A DNA stretch of 64,000 bases, taken from positions 37,881-101,880 of the IMG/VR virus record IMGVR_UViG_3300031911_000001; one strand, 5' to 3'. Origin of the DNA: a virus. Lineage: Duplodnaviria; Heunggongvirae; Uroviricota; Caudoviricetes. The notes beneath the pieces are model-generated. The model was not told the DNA's origin, made no database searches, and saw nothing but the letters and a program-made list of their open reading frames with translations. Positions 51,903-60,838 of this stretch are shown here, piece by piece. Every line of letters starts with the position of its first letter. The first letter of the stretch is position 1. The translations under genes were made by a program, and so were the position numbers.

Positions 51903-53105
51903 TCATTCCTTGGCTGCGATCTTGCAGCGAGTGACGTAGGTCTGATTATGGTCGCGACCAGCACGGTCAGTCCACGTCTTGTGGAACTTGACTGTACCAG
52001 AAAGGAGAACCTCGTCTCCGGCTTCAAGGTTGAACTTGCCGCCGGTAGACCAGACGAACTCGTGGTTCGCTCCGTCCCTGAAGGTGTAGAGATATTGGCT
52101 ACCGTAGGCACCGTCGAAGGCAGCGACGCGCAGGAACTTCACCGGTACGAGCTTCAGTCGATCCTTCGGCTCACCATAGAACTCCGAGGGCACGAACTCC
52201 TTGACTTCCTTGGTGTCTCTGATCCACATGTTCACGGCCGCACAGAGGATGCCCAGTTTGCGGGGCCGTACACCGATACCGGCAGAAATCGTCTGCTTGA
52301 CGTTGTAGATGAAGTCGCTGGCGTTCTCGTCCTTCTTCTCGAAGTAGGCAAAGAACTCATCGATCTGCTTCTTGTCCTCGTCGGTCACCTCGAGGTGTTT
52401 GCCCCGTGGGGAGTGACTGGCGTACAGTACGTCAGACACCTTGCTGGAAGTGGTGTCGTAGTATTCGAGCTCACCGTTGCTCTCTTCGACCTTCTTGCGG
52501 CTGATGAAGCCCTTGTTCCTGATCTGATCGATGATTGCCTTGAAGGACTCGTCGAAGTAGAAAAGGAAGGTCGGTCGCGGTCCCTTCTCGAATTCGTCCT
52601 CGTCCTTGGTGAAGACGACGATGCCGCTGACCATCTCAAACCATGCGGCCAGCGTCTCGGGGTTCTTGTGGCCGAGGAAGTCCTTGACGCACGAGGAGCC
52701 GACTTGTTTGAGACCGCCTTGCGTCTCGTGCTGGACGAAAAAGTAGCGGTTGCGCTTGCGACTGTGGCCGCAGTGATCGCAGATGTCACGGGTGCGGTAT
52801 TCGGGAGGAAGATCAAACCCGGGGACCGAGCGAATCTCGTCGCCGTCTTCCTGGATGTCCCGCTTGGCTTTGAAGTGCCAGTCGGCCAGCTTGGGAGTGA
52901 CGCCCTCGATGATGAAGTGATGGTAGACCTCAATCCAGCGATAAATCTCGCCATCTTCGAGTTGCCTCGACTTCTCTTCTTGGGTGATCTCCCAGAGGTT
53001 GAAGGTGGGAGCCGGGAGGTCGAGTCGCTTGCAGACCTTGGCAAGCTGCGCAAGGTGGGCCTCGAGGGACGGCACATTGCGCTCGGGAATCTTGAACATG
53101 GGCAT
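51903..53105 (-). CDS. hypothetical early protein (400 aa)
   Basis: ATG 53105 directly follows the conserved leader. Internal CDHCGH motif. Confidence 0.65.
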   Translation of the reverse strand: MPMFKIPERNVPSLEAHLAQLAKVCKRLDLPAPTFNLWEITQEEKSRQLEDGEIYRWIEVYHHFIIEGVTPKLADWHFKAKRDIQEDGDEIRSVPGFDLPPEYRTRDICDHCGHSRKRNRYFFVQHETQGGLKQVGSSCVKDFLGHKNPETLAAWFEMVSGIVVFTKDEDEFEKGPRPTFLFYFDESFKAIIDQIRNKGFISRKKVEESNGELEYYDTTSSKVSDVLYASHSPRGKHLEVTDEDKKQIDEFFAYFEKKDENASDFIYNVKQTISAGIGVRPRKLGILCAAVNMWIRDTKEVKEFVPSEFYGEPKDRLKLVPVKFLRVAAFDGAYGSQYLYTFRDGANHEFVWSTGGKFNLEAGDEVLLSGTVKFHKTWTDRAGRDHNQTYVTRCKIAAKE

Positions 53106-53165
53106 GTCACTTCTCCAAGTGGTTGTTGACAGGGCCAGTATATGACCTTGTCAACAGGGTGTCAA
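53103..53165 (-). promoter_or_regulatory. conserved early promoter + leader, copy 7 (TTGACA-N17-TATACT...TCAACAACCACTTGGAGAAGTGACATG)
   Basis: Reverse-complement read. Confidence 0.7.
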
Positions 53166-53169
53166 CGAC

Positions 53170-53694
53170 TCATTTGATGCCGTGGTGTTGCTCGATTGCT
53201 TCGGCGAACCCCTTGGCGACGAGGAAGATTGGAGTCCCCCGCTTTGCACCGGTGGCTTGCTCGATCTGCCAATCATCCATCGGCGTAGACAGGAGTTTGA
53301 AGTTTCCCATCAATCGTTCGATGGCCACGCCGGCCTGATATTTTGCCAGTGAATCCGGCCAGCCTTTGATGATTGACTGCAGCAGGTCAAGGTCGTCTTT
53401 GCTGTTGAGCATCGTCGCGCCCAGATGCTGATTACCGAGAACCCTCAACTTCAGCCTTTGCATTGCTGCCAGTGCTTCATGCGGTGAGTCCGAGGCCTGT
53501 GCGTAGGCGCGAACGATGTTCCCGATCCACTGGAGGTCAGCATCGACCATGCTCTGCTGCATGTCGGCTTCGATGGCCTGACGCAATTGTTGAGCACACT
53601 GACGCAGGAATCCTGCTTGGTAGCCCATGTCTCCGATGTAGGATGCGTTCTCCCAATCATGGAGCAAGATGTCCATCTTCGATTCTGTTTTCAT
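53170..53694 (-). CDS. hypothetical protein (174 aa)
   Basis: ORF. Confidence 0.55.
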   Translation of the reverse strand: MKTESKMDILLHDWENASYIGDMGYQAGFLRQCAQQLRQAIEADMQQSMVDADLQWIGNIVRAYAQASDSPHEALAAMQRLKLRVLGNQHLGATMLNSKDDLDLLQSIIKGWPDSLAKYQAGVAIERLMGNFKLLSTPMDDWQIEQATGAKRGTPIFLVAKGFAEAIEQHHGIK

Positions 53695-53975
53695 TTCAGC
53701 ACCTTTTTCTTTCCGTCATACCACTCAATCGGGCGGTGGATTTTGCCCATACGGTGAACCTTCCGGCAACGTGGGCAGGTGCCGTACAGGGTAGCATGCT
53801 CGCGGCCGATGCCATCGATCGGCCCGACACTGATCGTCATGTACTCGCCACCGGTAAAGACCTTCTCATTGGTCTTGTGCCCGAAGATCGAACAGAACAA
53901 TTTCTTGAACCAGACGGTGTCCATGACGAAGATCAGTGTGACCAGGAAGGCCAGAATAACCATGATGAAAATCAT
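53691..53975 (-). CDS. small membrane protein (94 aa)
   Basis: Hydrophobic N-terminus. ATGA overlap. Confidence 0.5.
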   Translation of the reverse strand: MIFIMVILAFLVTLIFVMDTVWFKKLFCSIFGHKTNEKVFTGGEYMTISVGPIDGIGREHATLYGTCPRCRKVHRMGKIHRPIEWYDGKKKVLK

Positions 53976-53976
53976 T

Positions 53977-54759
53977 TCAGTTTCCGATCAGGATTGGCTT
54001 GGTGCCGGTGGGGGCGTTGACGCCACGAACATTGATGTCGACGTTGCGGCCGTCTTCTTGGCCTGCAGCATAGGCTTCTGCATTGCGGTGCGGGGTCGAC
54101 TTCTTCTTGGGATAGTCGAACTTGCCGTACTTCACGGTGATCGCGTTCTGCTTCACGACCATCAGGCTCGTACCGGTGGGCGACGCTGCCTTGGCTGCTT
54201 CCTGCTCGGCCAGCTTCTCCTGCACCTTCTCTTCGAGCACAGAGGTAATACCAAGGGCGCAACCCCGACGATACGACGCGACGGCGCCATCCTTAGTGGC
54301 CTTGGCGGTGTGGGCCTTGGCGAACTGCTTGGTCAGTTGGCGCACCTGAGTCAGCAGGTAGTCGAACATCCAGCCGGCGACCATGACGTCTTGCTTCATG
54401 CCGTAGAAGCGAATCCGCATTCCGTACTTGGGAACCTCGGTCATCCGGCAGCCGACGTCCATTAGGGCCGCAACCTGTGCGCCGATCCAACGGCACCAGA
54501 CCGGGATGGTCTTAGCCTTGTGGTCTTCGGAGACGCCCTCGGTGTGCGTGTATGCCTTGTGGTCGGAAGTGCAGAGATTGTCGCCAGCCTTCAGCGAGTT
54601 GACCAGAATGTCCTGATGGTCAAGCTGGTACTTCCGCATGATCTTTTCGGCCATCGCAGCGGCCGATGTTGCTTCATTGATGTCGCCGCGTCCGTCTTGG
54701 GCCATTGCCAAGAGCTTCTGCACACGACGCATTACACCTTCAAGATCATCAATTGCCAT
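53977..54759 (-). CDS. hypothetical early protein (260 aa)
   Basis: ATG 54759 follows the conserved leader (CCACTTGGAGAAGTAAAATG) but lacks a clear -35. Probably co-transcribed with 54790..55032. Confidence 0.6.
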   Translation of the reverse strand: MAIDDLEGVMRRVQKLLAMAQDGRGDINEATSAAAMAEKIMRKYQLDHQDILVNSLKAGDNLCTSDHKAYTHTEGVSEDHKAKTIPVWCRWIGAQVAALMDVGCRMTEVPKYGMRIRFYGMKQDVMVAGWMFDYLLTQVRQLTKQFAKAHTAKATKDGAVASYRRGCALGITSVLEEKVQEKLAEQEAAKAASPTGTSLMVVKQNAITVKYGKFDYPKKKSTPHRNAEAYAAGQEDGRNVDINVRGVNAPTGTKPILIGN

Positions 54760-54789
54760 TTTACTTCTCCAAGTGGTTGATGGTTTAGT

Positions 54790-55032
54790 TTAACCGAAAT
54801 AGAACGTGTCGCATTGCTTTTTGACACAGATTCTGATGGGGTCGATTTCGGCCTTGGTGCGATCACGAAGCATGTTGATCAGCTCTTGGGCTGCTTCAAT
54901 GACGTTCAGGGAGTCAATTCCGACTGCCGAGTTCACCGGGCACTCCAACACTTCCTTGGAGAGTACCGAGAGCCACTGTTCTGCTGTCTGGAGGCCGAGG
55001 TCTTCTTCGAGCCATGCTGCAAGGGTTGTCAT
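54790..55032 (-). CDS. small early protein (80 aa)
   Basis: Start MTTLAAW immediately after the conserved leader. Track ORF extended through the leader. Confidence 0.6.
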   Translation of the reverse strand: MTTLAAWLEEDLGLQTAEQWLSVLSKEVLECPVNSAVGIDSLNVIEAAQELINMLRDRTKAEIDPIRICVKKQCDTFYFG

Positions 55033-55092
55033 TTCACTTCTCCAAGTGGTTGTTGATGTACGTATTTTATTGATGCTTGTTTGCCTTGTCAA
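55030..55092 (-). promoter_or_regulatory. conserved early promoter + leader, copy 9 (TTGACA-N17-TAAAAT...CATCAACAACCACTTGGAGAAGTGAAATG)
   Basis: Reverse-complement read. Identical leader to copy 1. Confidence 0.7.
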
Positions 55093-55372
55093 CCTTTTCT
55101 TTCAGTTTATCGAGCAACGCAAGTTTGATGAACTGAACGAGGTCATGGACGTCTTCCGGATCGGTGAGCCACGTCGTGAACTTCAGGTTGTCGTTGATGT
55201 GGGTCGTGTAGCAATCTAGGTTCATGGCGCCACCGGGGTCCTGGAACCGCTCGATGACTTCCTTGCAGTCCTTCTCGGTCAGGCCAGCATTGTTGAACTC
55301 CTCCAAGGAGAGGAAGACTTCTGTGCGGACGTAGTATTGAAGTGGTGCGTGGATCAAGTGCTTGTAACTCAT
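55067..55372 (-). CDS. hypothetical protein (101 aa)
   Basis: ORF. Confidence 0.5.
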   Translation of the reverse strand: MSYKHLIHAPLQYYVRTEVFLSLEEFNNAGLTEKDCKEVIERFQDPGGAMNLDCYTTHINDNLKFTTWLTDPEDVHDLVQFIKLALLDKLKEKVDKANKHQ

Positions 55373-55599
55373 GATGAAGAAAGTTGTTCAAGAGCATAGT
55401 CAGAGACTATGCTCTTAGCAATGTTCATGGTTTCCACAAAGGGGTAGCCCTCTTGAGAAAGAAGCAGCCTGAACCCGCCAACCGCAGGAATGTGCATGGG
55501 CCAGAGGCCGGTCCTGTTAAGACAGACCATCTCCTTGGCTGCCTGCTTCCAGAGCTCTTCGGTGAAATACTCTGCCGCCAGTTCCTTGACCTGCCTCAT
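55369..55599 (-). CDS. hypothetical protein (76 aa)
   Basis: Start MRQVKELAAE. ATGA overlap with the upstream gene stop. Confidence 0.45.
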   Translation of the reverse strand: MRQVKELAAEYFTEELWKQAAKEMVCLNRTGLWPMHIPAVGGFRLLLSQEGYPFVETMNIAKSIVSDYALEQLSSS

Positions 55600-56198
55600 G
55601 CGAAGTAGACACGCCAACGATGCGGTGCGCCCTCCGGGTTGGCACGGTCGGCAAGTTCGAGTTCCTGTTTCGGATTCGGCATACTGAACGGGTTGATTTC
55701 GGTAATGGCAAGCCAACCGACACGGCTGCCCTTTTTGTCGACGACGCCCCATGCACTGGGCACGATATCGATCTTCCGATCATTGATGATCTCGACTTCC
55801 AGTTGGTCAGGCAGAGTCTGTTCGAGGTTGGACATGTGCTCGACGACCTTCAGGGCGAATTCTTCCCGGGCAGGGTCGAGCGAAGAGTCCTTGATGTCCT
55901 TGCGCATTTTGTCTGCATGGAATTTGATCAGGCGTTCGTGTTGATCCTCGGTGATGTAGATCATCTTGGTCAACTCGGTCACGAGGGGGATGTCGTCCTC
56001 GAACGTAATTGTAGCAAGTTCTGCTTCGGTGTCGATATCAATCTTCGTGATGACGAGCCAGCCACCCTCCTTGTTGCTCTTCGAGAAGGCCCGCTCGCTC
56101 TGCATGTACTCGGGGCGCTGTGCCCATGTCCCGATCGGAATCATCCGATTGCCAGTCATCGGGTCTGGGTCTTGCATAAGGGTGACGATGTATTCCAT
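55596..56198 (-). CDS. hypothetical protein (200 aa)
   Basis: ORF. Confidence 0.55.
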   Translation of the reverse strand: MEYIVTLMQDPDPMTGNRMIPIGTWAQRPEYMQSERAFSKSNKEGGWLVITKIDIDTEAELATITFEDDIPLVTELTKMIYITEDQHERLIKFHADKMRKDIKDSSLDPAREEFALKVVEHMSNLEQTLPDQLEVEIINDRKIDIVPSAWGVVDKKGSRVGWLAITEINPFSMPNPKQELELADRANPEGAPHRWRVYFA

Positions 56199-56201
56199 TG
56201 G

Positions 56202-56381
56202 CTATTCCGTTCTGGTTTGGGTTGTGCGTTGATCCTCTCGGATGCCAGCGATGCGGAAGACATCTAGCATGGACTGGGCCATGTCGCAAAGTTCGGTAGC
56301 CACCTTTGTCCCATCGGGAGTGTCGTAGGTAGCCGTCGCATCGTTGTATGTGACCCAGCTGCTCTCTGTCTTCCTGCTCAT
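56202..56381 (-). CDS. small hypothetical protein (59 aa)
   Basis: MSRKTESSWVTYNDATATYDTPDGTKVATELCDMAQSMLDVFRIAGIREDQRTTQTRTE. RBS aaagga. Confidence 0.45.
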   Translation of the reverse strand: MSRKTESSWVTYNDATATYDTPDGTKVATELCDMAQSMLDVFRIAGIREDQRTTQTRTE

Positions 56382-56384
56382 TGT

Positions 56385-57050
56385 TTATCCTTTTGGCCAG
56401 ACCCGGGTGATGGCTCTGACCTTGTAGTCCTTGCCGCCGATTTCCTGGACCTCGTAGGCCGTTTGGAAATTGTAACCTACATCAATGTGACGTTGGTTGA
56501 GATTCGCATAGGGACTTTCGACCCCGGGAGCCATGTGGATGCGACCCTTCATCTGGGTCGGCACCATGACCTGACAGCTGATGGTCGAAGAGCTCAGGTC
56601 TCGTAGGGACACCCGGCCGATCTGGTACTGGGTGTCTACCTGTACGAGCTTCTCCGCCTGCCCACTTTTGTAGACGGCCTCGAGCTTGCGGTACATCCAG
56701 CGCTCGTTGTCCTTGCGGGTGTACTCGGGGGAGTCGTTTGCCACGTTCAGAGGCTCGACTTTGTCCATGATCTTGTCTCGGAGCAGTGCTTGCACCTTGG
56801 GGACGCTCATGATGCCGATGCACCGATTGGCCGCAGCATCTGCCTGCTCCTTGGTCACCTGCTCGTGGGCACCGGGGTAAGCATGCCTTACGACGTCAGA
56901 GTCGATCCCGACTTCCTTTGCCAGTCTGGCACGCAGGGGGTCCATCGACTTGATGATCCCGGTGACGTCTTCGACCAGCGGGTTATTCTGTTGCGCTGAC
57001 ACTGCCCCCGCGAGCAGCATGGCGCTTACAAGCACCGCAATCTTCTTCAT
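56385..57050 (-). CDS. secreted/periplasmic protein with signal peptide
   Basis: MKKIAVLVSAMLLAGAVSAQQ. Track ORF 56385..57065. Confidence 0.55.
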   Translation of the reverse strand: MKKIAVLVSAMLLAGAVSAQQNNPLVEDVTGIIKSMDPLRARLAKEVGIDSDVVRHAYPGAHEQVTKEQADAAANRCIGIMSVPKVQALLRDKIMDKVEPLNVANDSPEYTRKDNERWMYRKLEAVYKSGQAEKLVQVDTQYQIGRVSLRDLSSSTISCQVMVPTQMKGRIHMAPGVESPYANLNQRHIDVGYNFQTAYEVQEIGGKDYKVRAITRVWPKG

Positions 57051-57118
57051 GACATATATCTCCAAAAAGTGTTGAAACTGTTTGGGAATATATGCCCTTA
57101 GAATTCAAATGTCAACAA

Positions 57119-58672
57119 TTAAATGAAGTTTGTTACGGTATTCGGTTTGACGATCTTTTCACCCTCGATCTTCAGCGTGTATTCCTTTACGGGGTGCTGC
57201 TCTGCATCGTAATAGCCCTTGCGGACCTCAGCATGTTGCAGCGTCGTATTTTCTTTCCCACGGGTCGAGAAGTCGTCGAAGATGTCATAGATATTGGCTA
57301 CGTCCTTACTCTTGTGCAGACGGAGCATACGGCCAATCGATTGGAGCACCCGGATGATCGACTTCACCGGGTGACAGAACACCAGATTGTGGAGGTGCTT
57401 GATCGACACGCCTGTAGACATGGTGCCGTACGAACCGAGAATAATGATGTCTCCCTCGGCCTCTGTGATCTTTTGGATGGTCACACGGTCGTCACCGCTT
57501 ACGTCGCCATTGATGACGAACACCTTCTTGTCACCCAGCCCCTCTTCCAGCATCTGGGCCAGGATCATCAATTGGTGCTTGTCTTTACGGTCGAACAGGA
57601 ATAGTGAATTCCCTTTCAGCGTCTTGGCGAGAGTCTTGATCACCCGGTTTCTTGCAGGGTGACCAATGATGTATTCCAGCTCCTGTTGGTAGGTCATCTT
57701 GTAGACGGCCTCACGTTGGTCGGACGGATATTCCAGTCGCATGCGAATGACCTGCGTCTTGGCAGCACGACCGGCATCTTGCAACTGTTTGGTTGTCACC
57801 ACACGTTGGACAGGACCGAAATTGCCCTGCACCATCAGTGGGTGCAGCTCGTTGTTCTGCAGCGTACCGGTGAGGCCGACCTTTTGGTATGCATTGATAG
57901 AACATTCGCAGATCATCTTGATGCACTTCGCCTTGGCAAGGTGGCACTCGTCGACAAGGATTTGTCCAAACTGTTCGTAGTAATCAGGCTCCATATCTTG
58001 GATAGACTGCCACGTAGCAATGTAGACGGACCTCTTGGATACCTTTACCGCACCTTCTGAAATAACGTGGCAATTTGCGTGTACGTCCCATCCGTTCTTC
58101 TGGCTGTATGCCTTGAAGTCGTTGAACATCTGGTGGGTCAGGTGGATCGACGGCACGAGCAATAGCGTCTTGTGAACAGATTCACCGGCCTGACGGAGCA
58201 TGTCGTAATAGCGAATCAGGATGTATTGGATCAATGACTTACCGGCAGACGTGGCGGCCAGCAGGGTCATGCGGTTGTATTTGATGGCGAGATAGACGGC
58301 CTCAAGCTGATAGTCGTAGGGGATCAGTGGGTCACCGTGTTCATCGGTGCATTCCAGCGTGTCGATCCACTTCGCCAATTCCTCTTTGGTGATCTTGGTG
58401 ATGTCGTTCTTGAAACGCTTGTCCATCTCAAATGTGTATCCACGCATTTTGCAGAACTGGAGGACGATCTGGAGCAGGCCATACGGGAGCTTGCCCGTAG
58501 CCTTGTTGAACATGCGCACTTCACCGTCCCAAGTAGATTTGGAATAACGGTTCTTCTGAAAGGTCGGTTCCTTGAATCTGAAGAACTGATACAGGTCTTC
58601 CGAAACTCCAAGGTCGTCGGTCAGGAGGCGAATGTAGCTCGCGTTGAATCTGTCAATGTAAATGTCCGCCAT
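57119..58672 (-). CDS. uvsW: UvsW-like SF2 DNA/RNA helicase
   Basis: Walker A ATSAGKS. DEAH box ILVDECH. 517 aa (T4 UvsW 503 aa). Confidence 0.8.
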   Translation of the reverse strand: MADIYIDRFNASYIRLLTDDLGVSEDLYQFFRFKEPTFQKNRYSKSTWDGEVRMFNKATGKLPYGLLQIVLQFCKMRGYTFEMDKRFKNDITKITKEELAKWIDTLECTDEHGDPLIPYDYQLEAVYLAIKYNRMTLLAATSAGKSLIQYILIRYYDMLRQAGESVHKTLLLVPSIHLTHQMFNDFKAYSQKNGWDVHANCHVISEGAVKVSKRSVYIATWQSIQDMEPDYYEQFGQILVDECHLAKAKCIKMICECSINAYQKVGLTGTLQNNELHPLMVQGNFGPVQRVVTTKQLQDAGRAAKTQVIRMRLEYPSDQREAVYKMTYQQELEYIIGHPARNRVIKTLAKTLKGNSLFLFDRKDKHQLMILAQMLEEGLGDKKVFVINGDVSGDDRVTIQKITEAEGDIIILGSYGTMSTGVSIKHLHNLVFCHPVKSIIRVLQSIGRMLRLHKSKDVANIYDIFDDFSTRGKENTTLQHAEVRKGYYDAEQHPVKEYTLKIEGEKIVKPNTVTNFI

Positions 58673-58711
58673 GTCGTACTTCCTTCGAGGTACTTACCTG
58701 CGGACATTACA

Positions 58712-59398
58712 TCAATTCTTCTTGTGTTTCCTGACCAAGTCCAGGACCTTTGGCATCCACTTTGCCCGGTCCTGAATGAAGACTGAGGCCTTTTGCTCAC
58801 CGTCCGTGCCAATGACGACGACCAATTGCTCTGCCTTGATGCCGGTGCGCTCCTGCAACATCATTGAGTAAATACAGGTTTGAAGGAAATATCCTTCAAT
58901 GTACTCAAGACGCTTGAGCTTTCTGGAGGACTTCCAATCGATGATCGAGAGCTTCCCCTTCCACTCTGCCAAGAGGTCGGCAGTCCCAGCAAGATTCATG
59001 TAGTTGGAGTAGAGGGCGAACTCCTGACCATGGATCTTCCCAAGGCACATATCGGCCACCCGCTTCAGCTGAGGAAAGAGTGAAATCTTCTTGTTCCTCT
59101 CCTGCCACCCCGGGGAGTCTGTCAGGTAGTCCTCCATCGACTTGTGGAGGGCACTGCCTCTGATGCTGGCTTCGTTCTTGATCCTCTCGGCCTCTTCATG
59201 ACCGACCTCGTCGTACCAGCGCTCCAGAGCAGCCTTGTCACCGACCTGACCGAGGAATGTCGTGACCGACGTCATAATGACCCCGTCAGGGCTGACATAG
59301 TGCCTGCCGTTGACGGGGTGATTGACCTGTACGGGTTCTACGAGGTCTTTGAGGCTATCGGTCCATTCAAATGAACGTTGTTGAGGTTTGAGTATCAC
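58712..59398 (-). CDS. PD-(D/E)XK nuclease (YqaJ/lambda-exonuclease-like)
   Basis: GTADLLAEWKGKLSIIDWKSS catalytic D...E-x-K pattern. Confidence 0.55.
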   Translation of the reverse strand: MILKPQQRSFEWTDSLKDLVEPVQVNHPVNGRHYVSPDGVIMTSVTTFLGQVGDKAALERWYDEVGHEEAERIKNEASIRGSALHKSMEDYLTDSPGWQERNKKISLFPQLKRVADMCLGKIHGQEFALYSNYMNLAGTADLLAEWKGKLSIIDWKSSRKLKRLEYIEGYFLQTCIYSMMLQERTGIKAEQLVVVIGTDGEQKASVFIQDRAKWMPKVLDLVRKHKKN

Positions 59399-59405
59399 CT
59401 ACGAT

Positions 59406-59744
59406 TTAGGTTGCAGCCCGGACCTGAAGATCGCGAGCGGCACGCCATTCATCGAGGACCGCATCGGCTTCACCCAAAACCTTTGTCCGATCTTCCGATT
59501 GGGTGCTCACCGCGTTGTGCAGGTTCTGGAACTGGACCCGCAGATCGAAAGGAGCATCGGCAATGTTGAACTTCTGGTCCTTCGAGAAGATGGTCTCGGC
59601 AGTCCGTAGGGCTCGTGGCACGGTGCAACGTCCTTGGAGGGCATCGATCAGCCGACGATATGCCGGTATGAACTGACGCAGCATCCACTCTTGGTAGGCC
59701 GGGTCATCACGTTGACCAAAGATTTTCTTGATAAGGCGAATCAT
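59406..59744 (-). CDS. hypothetical protein (112 aa)
   Basis: ORF. Confidence 0.5.
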   Translation of the reverse strand: MIRLIKKIFGQRDDPAYQEWMLRQFIPAYRRLIDALQGRCTVPRALRTAETIFSKDQKFNIADAPFDLRVQFQNLHNAVSTQSEDRTKVLGEADAVLDEWRAARDLQVRAAT

Positions 59745-60193
59745 GGTTGTTCCTTCTTGCTTTTGAGCAATTTCACTGCTAATTCTACATGGCCATATTG
59801 GCTCAACGTGTTGACCATAACATTGATTTCATGATGTGTCAACAAGGCATCGATCTTGAAGGCCACGAGCTTTGGCTCAAGAGATCGGTTGTACTCTACC
59901 AGATGGGTGCCGTATTGACTCGGGCCGACGTATTCGATTTTGAGCTTGTGCTTTTTGGCCAGATCGATGATCGACTTGGTGAAGTTGTACGAGCCATTGT
60001 GAGTCTTCAAGTCAAGTGGGAACTTGGCGTTGAACCACGAGTCCTCCAGATCATGACCAAAGGATGTCAAGACGAATCGTTCGCCTTGATTCAGCCGTTC
60101 GATATGGCGGTTGTATTGGGTGACAATGTCATCGATGCCTTCGATGAATTTGTATTTCTCTGGTGCCACCATAAAGCCTTTGGGATCACGCAT
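59741..60193 (-). CDS. hypothetical protein (150 aa)
   Basis: ORF. Confidence 0.5.
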   Translation of the reverse strand: MRDPKGFMVAPEKYKFIEGIDDIVTQYNRHIERLNQGERFVLTSFGHDLEDSWFNAKFPLDLKTHNGSYNFTKSIIDLAKKHKLKIEYVGPSQYGTHLVEYNRSLEPKLVAFKIDALLTHHEINVMVNTLSQYGHVELAVKLLKSKKEQP

Positions 60194-60194
60194 A

Positions 60195-60599
60195 TCATCT
60201 TCTCCTTAACAGACCGTTCCTCAAATCCTCGAGGTCCTGGTCGGTGGCTAGTTGTAGTCCACCCTTGTTGTAGAGTGGTATCGCACGCGATGAAAGTATC
60301 CGTTTCGCCTCGGAAAGATCGGGGTCGAAGGGAATCGTGCCTCCTTTGCCCATCGGAACTGATCTTCCGACTCTGGCGACTTCTCGCCGGGACGGAAGGG
60401 TCGGTGATGGTCCCACCATCCCTGAAAGCTCAGCCTTGACAGGGGGTTGACGATGATTCTTGTTCCTGGACGAAAACTTCGGTAGCGACGCATATTTGTT
60501 TTGCAGTTCATCCCATGACTTCTGGAGTTCACGGGCTTTTTGCACCTTGTTCAATTTGGTTGGCCTCAAGAAAGATTTTGCGATACTTGGAAATGGCAC
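60195..60599 (-). CDS. hypothetical basic protein (134 aa)
   Basis: ORF. Confidence 0.5.
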   Translation of the reverse strand: MPFPSIAKSFLRPTKLNKVQKARELQKSWDELQNKYASLPKFSSRNKNHRQPPVKAELSGMVGPSPTLPSRREVARVGRSVPMGKGGTIPFDPDLSEAKRILSSRAIPLYNKGGLQLATDQDLEDLRNGLLRRR

Positions 60600-60717
60600 C
60601 GATCATGTTCTTGTGGGGAGGCGGAGGAGCATCCCGGTCGGCACCCTTGAGAGGGTCTTCGGTCCTCAGCTTCTCTTCGAAGCGAGCCCACATTTCCGCT
60701 GGGGTCGGCATCACCAT
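60529..60717 (-). CDS. questionable small ORF (62 aa)
   Basis: Overlaps the downstream gene by 70 nt. Confidence 0.25.
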   Translation of the reverse strand: MVMPTPAEMWARFEEKLRTEDPLKGADRDAPPPPHKNMIGAISKYRKIFLEANQIEQGAKSP

Positions 60718-60838
60718 TCACCCATGTAGATCATTGCGAAACCACATGCCAGAACGGGAACCCAGAAGGGTGCGGTAGCAAAGAACAGGGTCATTTGTTT
60801 CTCCAAACAGTTTCGATGTCCAAGTATAACCGAGAAAC

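Noticed and set aside
51948-53129. 393-aa plus-strand ORF
   Set aside because: It is antisense to the 51903..53105 gene, which has a conserved promoter/leader and start context. The plus ORF has no RBS, and its composition mirrors the antisense of a GC-rich gene.
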